64,000 nt of DNA, from NCBI GenBank assembly GCA_964304625.1, contig OZ199838.1, positions 6,869,731-6,933,730 on the forward strand, read 5' to 3'. Source of the DNA: Kudoa neothunni (lineage: Eukaryota; Animalia; Cnidaria). Under the pieces are notes generated by a model. The model searched no databases, had not been told where the DNA came from, and saw only the letters and a list, made by a program, of their open reading frames with translations. Position numbers and translations under genes: made by a program. The stretch's first letter is position 1. Every line of letters begins with the position of its first letter. Of the stretch, positions 27,547 through 45,779 are shown in pieces.

Positions 27547-27777
27547 CCGGGGTTTTCATCCATTTTCGTATTTTATGATAATCAATTTCGGATTTTCGCG
27601 CAACCTTTTCTAGAGGTAAAAAATGGTCAAATACAATGTTATTTCTGCAGAAAATAAGAAAATCTCCTCGAGGGGATGTTGAAAGGGTTGTTTTTAACGA
27701 TCAAATAAAAAATGATCTTATTCGATTAATTCAAGACGATTGTACTATACAATCGTATCAGTGATTGAAAAACCTGG
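27547..27777 (+). mobile_element. Tc1/IS630-like mini-element (231 bp)
   Basis: TA|CCGGGGTTTTCA ... TGAAAAACCTGG|TA; interior LIRLIQDDCT resembles LKLIEDDCT of ORF 44288. Confidence 0.65.
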
Positions 27778-29299
27778 TAGCAAAATACTTAAATATTGAA
27801 TCTTTAAATTCAAAAGTAATTTATATTCTTAATTAAAGAATAACTAAATTCGTTTCATCATTTTTCTGATTTTTTAAAATAAAGTTTATTTTCGTACGGA
27901 ATAAATATATTTTTAGTTTATAATTTTTTTCGAACATTCTTAAGTTACTACTAAAAATACACAGTTATTAACGTCCCTAAAACATAACCCAACTTTTTTA
28001 AACTATTTTTTTTGTTATTACTATACTTTCACACTATAAAATGTGTCATGACAAAAATCTATAACATAAATTGAACAAAAGAAAATAAATTAGAACTAGT
28101 ACGCAATCATCCATCATTGCATAATTTAAATACAATATTACTTAATATTTGTACTTATTTTTTGAGTTTGGTCACCCTATAAAATACTTGTATGTATTCA
28201 GTTTTTTTAAATATACGCTTCTTAATAACATTCACAAAATAAATTGAAGTCGCGAATTAACCCATAGAAGAAAAATAACTAAAAAATTTTGAGCATCATA
28301 CATTAACTATTCGGATCGACGGAATTTAAACCCCGTTAAAATGTTACGCTAAACATTATTTTTGGCCCGTCTCGGAAAGTTTGTTCACCACTGTTTACAA
28401 GAGACAAATAAATAGAAAAAGATATAGAGATAGAAGAAAATAAACGAAAATAAATTTTTATTTTTCAAATTGATATCCTTTATTCCGGTAAGAGGTTAAC
28501 GCACTTTTTCCCATAAACGGCCATCTGCATTGAATTTAATCATGGAAAGTTAAACTTAGCGGACGATTTCAATGAAATCTACGGACACAGTGCTTGCATT
28601 ACAATACATCAATCTATCTGATTACAACATGCATTATCAACTCGCTACTAATAACGTAAATATAGACTTTTTCCCATATTTTTAACCATTAATAGAACCT
28701 TTAAAATGTGATTATCATGTGAAATACGTTAAACTCCACAAATGAGAAGTGTATTTGCACAAAATCCCAAATATACACGCCAATATTAAATAAAAAGTCA
28801 TATGATATCACTTAATTTAGATTTGATAAAGTATATAAAGGGGAAAATTAACTTCAACCGACCATCAGCAGGCGTTAATCCTATTGTTGAACTCAACTAA
28901 TCCGACAAACAAACTTTGAATCGACAAAATCACCACTTTTTAAACACTTATGGGAACAATTGGTAGTATGAAAATGATTTAAAGATTTTTTGAGACATTG
29001 TGATTTATAAAAAACTTCATAAATGTCTCTCTATAAGGAAAAAATTTGGACGAACATGCGAACTTGCTGGCACACACACAGACACTTCAGCTTTAGATGT
29101 ATAGTAGACAGATTTCTTCATCACATTACTTTAAAGTTTGTCTTGCTAATTTTTAAATAAAAATGAATTATAAATAAATTATTTTTGTTTGAAAATAGGT
29201 GGCTTATTAACTCAATTACTAATTTTTTAACCGCAACCATCCAGAGTCAATTTTACCGTATTTAAATAATGGAATACGGCGTATTAAAATATTTTTCTC

Positions 29300-30000
29300 T
29301 AATTTGCTTTTAAGCGGTGAATTATTCCATGATAAATTGGTTGCACCACACTAGCAGTGTTTTTGATAGAAGTAGAAGCTGGATGTTTTATTTGATGAAT
29401 CTCTGGTTCATATCTGTGAGGATCTGATAAAATATAGACGAAGATAATGACACATTCATTTGCGAATAGCATTAAACTGAAAGCTCTTTAATTCCCATAA
29501 AACCGCGATTTTTCTTAAAATATTCGTATTATTTGTAATTGAAATTTTTCTTCGGTCATTGCAGAAGTGATAAACATCGTAGCGCGCTTTGAGTTGTTTT
29601 ACACATTTACATTGTGCTAATTTTTAATAGTGGATGTACGATGTATCAGCTGTTCATAAAAATGAGCCGTCCTATCCAAATTTAATATGTATTCCATCTT
29701 GGATTTAAAAATACACATATATGCAAGAATTCCCATGTATTCTTTCATTTCATCCAAGGTTAGTTCGTTCCATTTATATCTGTATTGACGAAGCGAATGC
29801 GGTATCACCTGGGGCTTTATTTGAAATATTTTCCTTCGTTGTTTTGATATTTGAGGGAATATCAGAAGATCATACAACATTGTTTTTATCAATATCTATT
29901 CTACCAAATTTTCTAATAATGTAGTATTTTATTGTATACAATTTTATACATGTTTCGATGAAATAAAAACCTGGGTTCTGCCTGGACCCTAAAACGGCTA
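29300..30000 (-). pseudogene. piggyBac transposase remnant
   Basis: KWNELTLDEMKEYMGIL motif and Cys-rich tail fragments; GGGT..ACCC palindrome near 29973-29990. Confidence 0.55.
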
Positions 30001-31078
30001 GGTGTATAAAAAATGTTTTTGGAGTTCTTTTTAAAGTTATATTAAATTATCAAACCTTTTTTCTATCGCGCCCCACTTTTTCAAAAGTATTGATTTTTTT
30101 TCATTAAAATGTATTCAATTACATCTAACTTAATTTATCGATGTATCTTAAAATAAACGCCTTAATTCTTCATCCCAACAAAAACAGCGTGAAATGAAAC
30201 TCGTGGTAGTCCAATCTTCATTAGGAAAAACTTTCGCGTATACGGAGCTACTAAGCACAAAACTAATCAACATTACATCAGGTTTAATCAAAAAAGGATA
30301 AACTATTCTAAATCAGACAAGAATAAGATCAAACTATGCTGATTCTATTCGGGTAAAGGACACGTTAAATATTATTATTAATTTGTATATAATGAGTCAA
30401 TGCTTTTTGTAGTTTTAAGATGTTAATCGTCACTTAGAAATAAGCGACATTGACTTCAAATTACATTATGTGCCCAATTATCTCATCATTATCCGTGTCA
30501 AAACAATACTCAGGATTTTCCACACCCGCTAAAATGTTTTCATGCCCACCGGTGGGACGAGGGCCCTACGTTGGGAGACACTGATATAGAGGCTCAACAA
30601 CTTATTAGAATTTATAAAAAATTTATTTTTATATTAGTTTTATTCAACCAAGTACTTTTATAGGTTTGGCTAAGGCATATTTAAATATTTGTGAATTGCA
30701 ATCTTCGCACTATCGTCAGCACATGCACCACTTCTAAATTAAAATCTATCGAGTTATAGGAATTAATCTAACGGAATGAACTCCGCGCAATTATATTAGT
30801 TCTATACACAAATGTTAATTATACGTACAACTGTAACCGAACTTTACCCAAATTCTCGATTTTCCTTGAACGTAACAAAATAATTCCAAATATATAAATA
30901 AATTATTACATTGTATAAAATGAATTCATTAAGTAAAAATAACCATAAAAATTATATTACAAACTATATGGTTAATCCCATCAGATTAATTTAAATAATG
31001 TGGGATTTGGATATTTATCAGTTTGATTTAGTAATCACGTGGGGTTTTAAAAGTGTTCTCATCTGTGCTGGAGTAAAA

Positions 31079-31400
31079 ATGGCAGCTCCAGTTGTAGCAC
31101 CCAAGATCCCACCATTAAAGGGATCTTTCCCACTAGATAGAAAAGGTTCCATTGGATTTATTTATAGTTTCTCATGTGTTTTTGGCAGGAATTTGTCGGC
31201 AATTCTACCTAAAATATATGGAATGCGCAAAGCAACACACCGAAAATGCTTCTTCCGATTGTCAAGAATTTATCAAAGAATATTTGAATTGTCGAATGCA
31301 AAAGTAATCCATGAGTTATATTGCAACCCATAAATAACGTTAATTTAGTAATTTGATGAATCGTGAAGATTTTGTGAACCTTGGGTTCAGATCCAAATAA
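31079..31400 (+). CDS. COX19: COX19 cytochrome c oxidase assembly factor, 3 exons
   Basis: MAAPVVAPKIPPLKGSFPLDRK|GICRQFYLKYMECAK..DCQEFIKEYLNCRMQ|NNLMNREDFVNLGFRSK*: PP.KGSFPLD plus twin CX9C. Confidence 0.93.
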
Positions 31401-31525
31401 AACTTGATTTTTGTATATTAAAAATAATTTTTACTAAATTAATTCCATGTGGTGTTATTTGTGAAACAGATCAGCACAAATTAAAATAAGTTAACTATGT
31501 ATACGCACGCGCAGTTTGATATACA

Positions 31526-36820
<5,295 letters not shown>

Positions 36821-37153
36821 TCATAATCGTGTATGATGTGGCATACGGTTTTCTCAATATTTTCACAATTATTTACTAATAGTTGTTGTAAATATTATTG
36901 ATTTTCTCTCACAAATACCAATCTGATTAGTAGTTTATGTGTGTGCTTCTATCTGTTGTTGTGTATTTTATTGATGGCGTTTTGTTAGATTATGTTCGAC
37001 CAGCCCATTAGCACGATTAAACTTATTTTCGTTATCACCAATATTAGTGACGATGCTGATAATTCACAGTAACGATTAATCACGTTTATCGATATCACCC
37101 ACCTCACAAACGGATCTAAAGTAGATAAACGCGCATGATTTCACGCATTATCA

Positions 37154-38589
37154 ATGAAAGTGTCAATCCTTGATTCGTCTCTTGTTTCCGTGAAGAAAAT
37201 CACTTACCATCCGGACGAAGATTTGGATGTATATTTAAAATTGGAAGATTCCACTGTTATAACTCCTGAGACACTTTCTAATGTAACATTGGAAGTTGTA
37301 TTTGTTTGTTTGATTGTTTCAAATAAAAACATAATTGTAAAATCTAAATTCAATGACTCCATCAAAAGTGTAATGCACAAATGTGGGTTTTCCGTGTGTG
37401 AAAACTCATCTCGCATTCATCAAGAGTTTTCCATTGGTAAATCCAGTTGTGGTAGGTGGTAACAGGCGCTAGAATTTCGTTCAAATTTAGTTGATAATTC
37501 CACTGTTTGGATATCTCCAATAGAATTGCCAACATTTTCTCGTAGCTCCACCGACAAAAATATATTATTGTGTATTTTAATTATGTTATTTTTTTTAATT
37601 TAATCTAGGCAATATATACAAACACTTTGAAAGTTCGCTTTTTCCAACATATCATGGAAAGGCGTTGTCATGTTCTTACTATGTGGTAAGTTTAATCACC
37701 AACAAATTGTCTGAAAACAAATTTCAAATCGCCAAACTACCAATACATATTCAAATATCGTTCAAAACGAGTAATCTATTATTGAAATTAGTAAAATTTT
37801 CAGTTTTTTATAATAAAGTTTTTCATGTTTTATTGAAATATGTTTGCATTTTTAGATCGAAATATTGGTGGTTCTGATACAGAAAATCCGTTTGAAAATG
37901 ACTCATACTTTTTACCGTTTGATGATGAGAGTGATACCTTAAGAAACAATTCACTTTCTGTTGATCTCAATCATCCTGAAATGAATTCCGGTGGTGAGAT
38001 GTTTATCCATAATGACTTTGTTGTGATGACTCCTGATATTTCCTTAAAAAGTAATTTCATCTGTCTTGAAACTTTGATATTCTTATTGTCACATTTAGAA
38101 CGTTTTATTATTGAGAAAGATTCCAATATTGTGTGCGAACTGGAAATTGTACAACCGCGAATACGTTTAGGGAATCAAATCTATGGAATTCTTGATTTTT
38201 CTCGCTCCTCTGTTAATTGCTACATGTACAAAGTTAGCTTATCCTATCGTGAGGTGGTCAATGATCAACTCACAAAGTCAAAAAAACATTTTTCTTCAAA
38301 TGACTTTATTCATCTGTCCTCCTATAGAGATATTGTCAACAATACAGTGACCACTGATTTTCTATTGGGAACAAACCCAACAAGTCCATGCAGTTTTAGG
38401 TCCAATATAATTTCCATCGAATACTTTCTCGTACTTAAAATGTATACGTATTCGAAGGATTTAATAAACAATATTTGGGTGCCTTTTCTGTGTCCTTTCT
38501 CAGCTGTTGAAACCAGCTATCCAAAACTACCCTATGATTCGTTAGATATGGTTTCCTGCAATATCCCCATTGTTATTATACCCCCTTAA
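37154..38589 (+). CDS. RGP1: RGP1 (RAB6A GEF complex partner), 4 exons
   Basis: FPTYHGKALSCSYY..KLPIHI, RLGNQIYGILDF..CYMYKVSLSYRE, SFRSNIISIEYFL and NIPIVIIPP* follow the RGP1 motif order. Confidence 0.75.
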
Positions 38590-40578
38590 TTTCTGACAAA
38601 CATTTCCATTATTGGGAATAAACCTTTTTGACATTTGTACAAAATTTCTGCATTTATTGTCTTGTTTTGTTTATTTATTTCAGTTTTTTTATAATTATTT
38701 ATTTAATTTTGGATTGTAATTTTCACTACTGCAAACCATTACATTCTTCGAGACTTACATAATGCTTAATTAAAAAAAGTTCAAATTTTATATATTTCAA
38801 ATTGTTAGTTATGACATATCATCTTATCATTTAGAGTTTTAGGTATAATTAATTAACAATGAGTTGGGGTGAAAGGTCATATTTCTAATTTCTTGGTTGC
38901 AATATTTAAATATATTAATTTACACATATTTTAATTATTCTTTTCCACGTATAATCACATAAAAACAGAGATAAAAATTTTTTCCCTATCATTAAAAAAC
39001 AATACCTCAAATGTATTTGATGTAAATTTCGGCGATATTTTTATTGTTAAAGTAGATAAGGAATATAAAATTGCATTGGATGAATTTCAGACGTTTGGAT
39101 GTGCATAACTGAAAAAATTGACTAAGTTACCGTTATTCGTGTTAATCTCAGCGTGATCCATTCAATTTTCACGTGTATTGAGATTTTTTGACCGCAGATT
39201 TGAGAAATAAATCCAAAAATTAGACTAAATATTAATCATTTTTCTATTGATTCAAGCTTTAAATCTAATAACGACACAAAGACAATTTTGAAGCTGTAGT
39301 GTCTTGTCTGTCAAAATGATTCGCCGTTAGTTTGTAGAAACCATTTTACATAATATTATTAGCAGTGGCGGCTCATATATGGAACTGTGGAACTGCAGCA
39401 CCCCTGGTCACCGCGGTATATACATAATCCTTCCTCCTAGCGTGTATATCCCCTAGCACAGTGTTTCCCCACTCACCTCGCATCCCCTCCTCCATGTGAA
39501 AGTCAAGACTTAATTTCACCTATTATGTAAATGCGAAAATAATATCAGTAAAAAAACGTTTTTAAATTAAACTTTTTATTATTTTAACTTACTAATTTTC
39601 CTAATTATTTTTAAAATGCATAAATTGGAACAAAGTTTATTCGATCAACATAATTTGTTACGCACTATTAAAAAAGAAAATATATCTTTTTCTGCCCCTT
39701 GACTTAACACTCAACGATTAAAGCTATTATTTATCCCTGCTTGAACATACCATTTTTATGTAAAATAATAAACAATTCTAACTAAAAAATGTTATTATAA
39801 GTATTTCAAAATATTAGAAACAACAAATTTATATAAAGTAATACTAGATTATACTAATAAAAACTATAGTCGCTAGATTAAGTTATGTACTTAAAGGGGC
39901 CATTTAAATATGACAAATAATTATAACCAATCCATACACTTCACAAGAAACTCACCATTTCAAACAAATATGTTATTTGGTATTTAATTAATCTGGCGAC
40001 TTCCTCGTTCTCGTCGGTTTTTGATAAGTAATTCAAAGCGTGGAACATTGCTGAGAAATGATACTTGTAAATCGTTTAAGGGTTCAAAGGATTCCGCTAT
40101 TTTTTATTTTATACAATAAGGCGAGAAGCCTGCCTCATATACCATCTTGTGCGGAAAACCCCAGCGAATTCATTATTATATATGAGTTAGATTTTAATTT
40201 AAACATTGAAACAATGGATTCAGAAAGATTCAAAACAGATGCCTTCTTAAAGTATCTGAATCAAAATAACTAATTATTCTGTTCGCATTGACATTCATTT
40301 ATTTAAGTGTATAAATGAATGCTCTGATTTTTGTTGTACTAATATTTTTAAAGAAAATTGAACTAAAATTCATATCAGAGGCCAGGTACAAATTCGAGAA
40401 TAAAACTTAAAATATAACATAATAAAGAATATACAATTAAATGACGGATCTCAAATTTTGACAGAAAAATAATTTAAACCTCATCGTAGTTTTATTTTTA
40501 AGGATCCAGATTATTTCTAAGTAGATATAAATGCCGATAACCTAATTATAGCATAAGCATAAAAATATGTTACTTTAA

Positions 40579-43500
40579 CCCTTACGGGACGGTGCTCCGA
40601 AAATTGACGTACGTTCCGGTGTGGGGTCAAAAATGGCCCCAACGATATTTCGTAATATAATTTCGGAATTCCAAAAAAAATTAAGCAACATTTTTCATAC
40701 GTTATAAATATTTAATATAAAAGATTACAAAGTGTAAATTATTTTTCCATCATTGGAAAAAATCGGTCAATGAAATTACATTGGCATAATGTGGTTTAGG
40801 ATCAAAAAGTTGAATACAACTAATTTTTGCCATAAATATTTGAAGAACAAGGAAACCGCTCCGGCGGCAAGATATTCGAAGATTTTCTGTTAATCTACTT
40901 GTTGTAGGAATAGGATTATATTTGCAACGTGGGTATTTTCGCTTTCATGAGTCATTGAAGAGCAATTACATGATACATTACCTTTCAGTTAACTTCGCCA
41001 TGATGAAGTTCATTGAATTTAATCAAAAAATCTCCCTATGTTAAGGAATTTTAGAGTAACGAATCCGCATACGCGTTGTATTAAAAAATATTAATTATAT
41101 AATGAATCAACTTAAAGCATGGCGATTTATTTTTCTAGTTCCATTCATTTACAGTTATTGTATTACTTTATAAGGAAAACAATCGAAGATTAAAGCAAAA
41201 ATGGTTCTCATGTGATATTTCGAGCAATAATCTATTTGACTCGAATATTTTTAAAGTAGAAAGTTCAATATATGTGAAGTGAAATTATTTTGTCGTTTAA
41301 AGGGCTTCACAGACGTCTCGTCAAAATTTTTGGGTTGATAATTAAAAAAATGTTTTTAGAATTTTAATCATATAAACATTCAAGTTATGGTAATTCATTG
41401 TATTTTTTAACAAATCGAAACCTCACTATAAAAAATCATCCTGTGGCTGGATCAAATTGCATATAATTAACTTTGAAACGAAATCGATAAAATTAGATTA
41501 ACGTGAGGATTAATTTTGTTGCCTTTGATCATTCTAGCAATAAAATTTTTGTATTTATTACGAATATTTGCGCTTTGAAAATGAACAAATTGAATAATAA
41601 ATACAATACAGAAAAAATAAATTTTTTATGAACGGTCAATCAATTCGTGTATTGAGCACACTGACTTGTTGCAAATTGTGCATTTCGTTTGTGTTTTCTG
41701 GTCAATATTTCTTGTACAAAAAACGCACCTTCCTCTTGAACATGATAATTGTTCGTTTCAAGTTGCAATTTCAGGAACATAATTTAAATTGTTGAAAATT
41801 TTGAATCCGTATTGTCGACTAAAATGATATTTGTTGCCAATTTTCTGCCTAGGCAAAACGTTTGGTGTTATTAATTGAATACCCAATTCACGAAGGAAGA
41901 CTTGACGTCTATTTTGATTATTTGACCGCCACTCAGTAAACTTAGTCATCCAGATAACGTACGCGTTCAGCGCCGATATGTCGATCAATTCCATAAAAAC
42001 GCGAAAAGGCCAACGATTGGTTCTTCTAGAACAACTATATAATTTAGTCATTTGATCCTCATTATCGACTACGCCTTTCGTTTGATTGTAGTGGATGATG
42101 ATTTGAGGTTTCTTCTTTTCGCCACTTTCAATAAAGCTATCATGTAATTCGCTTGATAGCACTATCACGGTTTTGTTTTTCTTTGGAATATACGAGACGA
42201 TACAGTTTTTCAAGTTCCGATCAAGATGCATTCACATCCGATCATAAAGTAAATCTTATAGATTCAGCCGATATAATAATTAATTCAACCATAAAAAAAG
42301 AGATAACAAAACAAATATGACTTTACGAGATTTAATTCTAAATTTATCAGAAGTTCGTTATTTTCCATTAATTAGCCATATAATTTTAAGGAAAAAGTCC
42401 CAACTAAACAAATCGTCAAATATGTTGGAGTTCATCCAACTATTGTCACAATAATTCTTAAATCGAAGGATTCTACGGGAAATGTGGAAAAGAAAAAAAT
42501 GAGAGGCAACCGACGTCAATTATTATACGACGAACATAAACAATTAATAAAACAACTTATTGATGACGATTTCACTATTCATTAAAAAAAATTTCCATAG
42601 TTCCTGTTGGCAGAAATCTACCCCCGAATATAGAGAAAAGAAAAAAGTAAATTATATATATATATATAATAAATGAAATGTAAATTAGTTAGGTAATAAA
42701 TTATCTTCAACAACAGCCAAACTATTCTCTTGTTCTCTATATTGACAAAGCAGGATTCCCTTTATCAATGAGACGCTGTTTGGGAAGGTCCCCCATTGGA
42801 TCTGGAGCAATTTTAACCGTGAGAACCTTTCGCTTCAAAAATATTACATTGATAGCCACAATGTGCTCCCAGAAAGTATGGTCAACCAAATTACATGAAG
42901 GCTCAGTAAATGAAAATATATTTTATGAATATTTAATCCAACTTTTATGGAGTTACAATTGAACGGTATACCAAATGCATTGCTCATAATGGATAATGTA
43001 AGGTTCCACAAAACTGACTACATCGTGGACCTTGTGGCGGAAACAAATCACTCGATTTTGTTTCTACCGCGATATTCCCCGTTCCTTAACCCGATCGAGG
43101 AACTTTTTAACCAACCAAAACTGAACTTATAGAGGCGATAAGATCTAGTCCAAATGATGTGACGTTTACACAATGTTAAAATTATTGTAATCATGTGGAG
43201 AGTTATTTCCCACGATGCTTACCCATCGAAGTTATTGAAAATTGATTTATTGTCTCGATATTTAATAATTACATATTTTTTTAAAATAATGCATCTTGAA
43301 CTTGAAACACTGTTGTTTTTCCTAAGAGTCCCGGTCAACGTTAAATTCTTCTCTAACAAAAATAATGCGAGAGGGACCGTCGTGAAAAAATTGTCTGTTG
43401 TTACTCCGCGATGACTTCCATAATAAGGAGAAACCAAGTCTTTAACGACTTTTTCTCCTTGTTTTTTTTCTCACACGCCATTAATTCTTCCGAGATATGG

Positions 43501-44170
43501 CTGGAGATTTAATAAATAAGACGAATCTACGTTTGAAACCACTCATAACTTCATTCCGAAGCGGTCGGGTTTATTTTTCATATAAATCCGGAAAGAACAT
43601 CGTCCACGGAAGAACACTATCCCTTCATCCACAGTCATGTGGGTGCCTGGAGAATGTCGTGTGAAGGTGGATTTTTTTATTCCAAAATGCGTTCTTTCAT
43701 CGTTTCTCTGTCGTCGAATCGAATCATCTTATATAAGACTGGAACGATCTCTAGGAATCGCAAAGGAAAAAAAGTGTTGTTTGAACAGGGGATTCAGGTC
43801 CCAAAATTGTTTAATGACAATTTAGAACCATTACACCTTCCTACAGTTATAAAAACTCCAATAAAGGCCTTAAGTTCCTCCATAGTGGTGAAGTTCCTTA
43901 TTTTGATACTTGGCTTTTGATAAACGATATTTGTTTGTATAATACAATATTTGTTCATGAATTATTTCTGAAAAAAATAACAAAAAGTATCCTAAAATTG
44001 AATCTACATTATTGGATTCATCGGTGAGTCCAGGCATTGGGAGATCCTTGTAGTCGATCTCAATATCGTCATCGCATTCAAAATTTTCATCTGTTGACGA
44101 ATCCATCTTTTCTACATATTCTTTGTATAGTTTTCTTGATATAACCCTAAAAAAATTTGTTCAGCCAAAA
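40579..44170 (-). mobile_element. Decayed piggyBac (PGBD4-like) interrupted by a Tc1-like element
   Basis: TTAA|CCCTTACGGG end at 40579; motifs TVDE..FRGRCSF..KPDRFGMK, VTTDNFFT, YNQTKGVVD..RWPFRVF and a Cys-rich tail. Confidence 0.88.
42203..43312 (+). mobile_element. Tc1/IS630-like transposon nested in the piggyBac
   Basis: TIRs TA|CAGTTTTTCAAGTTC..AAGATGCATT / AATGCATCTTGAACTTGAAACACTG; motifs IMDNVRFHK and FLPRYSPFLNPIEE. Confidence 0.88.
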
Positions 44171-44187
44171 ATTAAAATAAACTTATA

Positions 44188-44735
44188 CTGGGTTTTACAT
44201 CCGAATCCGGACTTAACGCTTAAGAAATGGTAGGTCGTGAGGAGCATACAGATTAAATGAGAGAAGCCGCTGTATACATGGTAGTTTATGAAGGTTATTC
44301 TCAATCTGAAGTATCAAGAAGTTTTGGAATACATAAGAGTACTCTCTGATATAATAAACAAATATTATGACAAAGAGGTCTCATGCAAAGATCCAAAGGG
44401 TGGAGCGAGACATGTCAAAATTACTGATGAAATAAAAACCCAAATTTTGAAATTAATAGAGGATGACTGCACGATTACCCTCCAATCAATTATTGACAAA
44501 ATTTGCGCTCAGGTAAGTGTAACAACTGTATGGAGGTGGCTCAAAGCTATGAAGATATCACTTAAAATGGTGAGAGCTATACCTAAGAGTAGAAACTCTC
44601 TCGAAGTCAAACAAGAAAGGAAACTGTATGCTGACTGGTATTCAAGCCTCCAATAAACAGGAGGTATACAAAAATGATATTTATAGACGAAAGCCCCTCT
44701 TCACTACAACTGCTACGCTCAGATGGTCGCTCCCT
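44188..44735 (+). mobile_element. Second Tc1/IS630-like element, 5' half
   Basis: TA|CTGGGTTTTACATCC end; HTH region DDCTITL..VSVTTVWR; cut off after IFIDES. Confidence 0.75.
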
Positions 44736-44739
44736 TATC

Positions 44740-45775
44740 CCATTCGTGCTTGAAAATCAAGCGGAAAAATATTTATATTTTTATTAATAACAACATATAT
44801 AAAAATTTCGGCAATATTGAGAGCGGTTTTTTGGTGGTAGCATGGATTTAACGATAACTCTTCCCGAAGTAGGATCAATAGATCTAGATAAAGTCAATAT
44901 TTCTTTTATTGATTTATTATCCTTCAACCAAAAATACTGTATCGATTTTCTAATGCATATTGGGCTACTTAATCGAAACATGAAATGTTGTGGGAAAAGT
45001 GCGTCACTTTCGAGAAAAGCAAATTCGATAGATGGCTATAACTCCTACTGCAACCAGTGTTTAAAGAGCCATTCTGTTAAAAAGGGGGTCATTTTTTGAA
45101 CGAAGTCATTTGAGTTTTGTAAGAATTTTTAATGGAAGAAATAAATGTCTCATCTAGAACAATCGTTGATTGGAAGAATTTCATCAGAGACATTTATTCA
45201 AACCATATCATTGAACATTCCAGTAAAATTGGTGGACCTTATATCGTTGTTCAAATAGATGAAAGTCTGATTTGTAAACGTAAGTATAATGTTGGTCGTA
45301 TTCTCGCCAATCAAGACCAACGGACTGTTTGCGGAATAGATGAAATAGGTGAGGTATTTATGGAAATAACCACCAGACGAAACCAAGAAACACTAGAATC
45401 CATCATTGCCAACAATGTTGAAGCCGGATTCATAATATGGTCAGATCGCTGGGGTGGCTACAGGAGCCTTGATTCTGTTGGATATTTTCATGAGGTAGTT
45501 AACCACTCAAAAGAGTTTGTTTCATCACAAGGTGTCCACACGAACAGAATTGAGAGCATTTGGGGAGCTTGTAAACGAAAGTTTAATAACATTCGAAACA
45601 GGAAACCCAATCTGATAAAATCATATTTGTCAGAATATATTTTCAAAAAAATCAAAAATAAAGTTTTTAGAGAAACCATTAATCAAATAAAACTAATCTA
45701 TAGCTTCAATAATAAAAAATGTGATTTTATTAAAACTCGTTTTTTCGCGTATATGGACGCACGCATTAATGCTAA
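44740..45775 (+). mobile_element. Merlin (IS1595/ISXO2-like) element with frameshifted transposase
   Basis: Zn-ribbon ORF 44842-45099, then KIGGP..VQIDES..KRKYNVGR, IWSDRWGGY, VNHS..GVHTNRIESIW. Confidence 0.88.
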
Positions 45776-45779
45776 AGTA

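Noticed and set aside
28090-29110. Helitron-like ends (hairpin plus CTAG near 28095; ACACACAGAC..TAG near 29070-29107)
   Set aside because: No matching 5' end or Rep/helicase sequence; too weak to call.
44740-45775. Bacterial IS1595/IS630 contamination
   Set aside because: Merlin and Tc1-like elements are established eukaryotic relatives; these are decayed and nested among piggyBacs.
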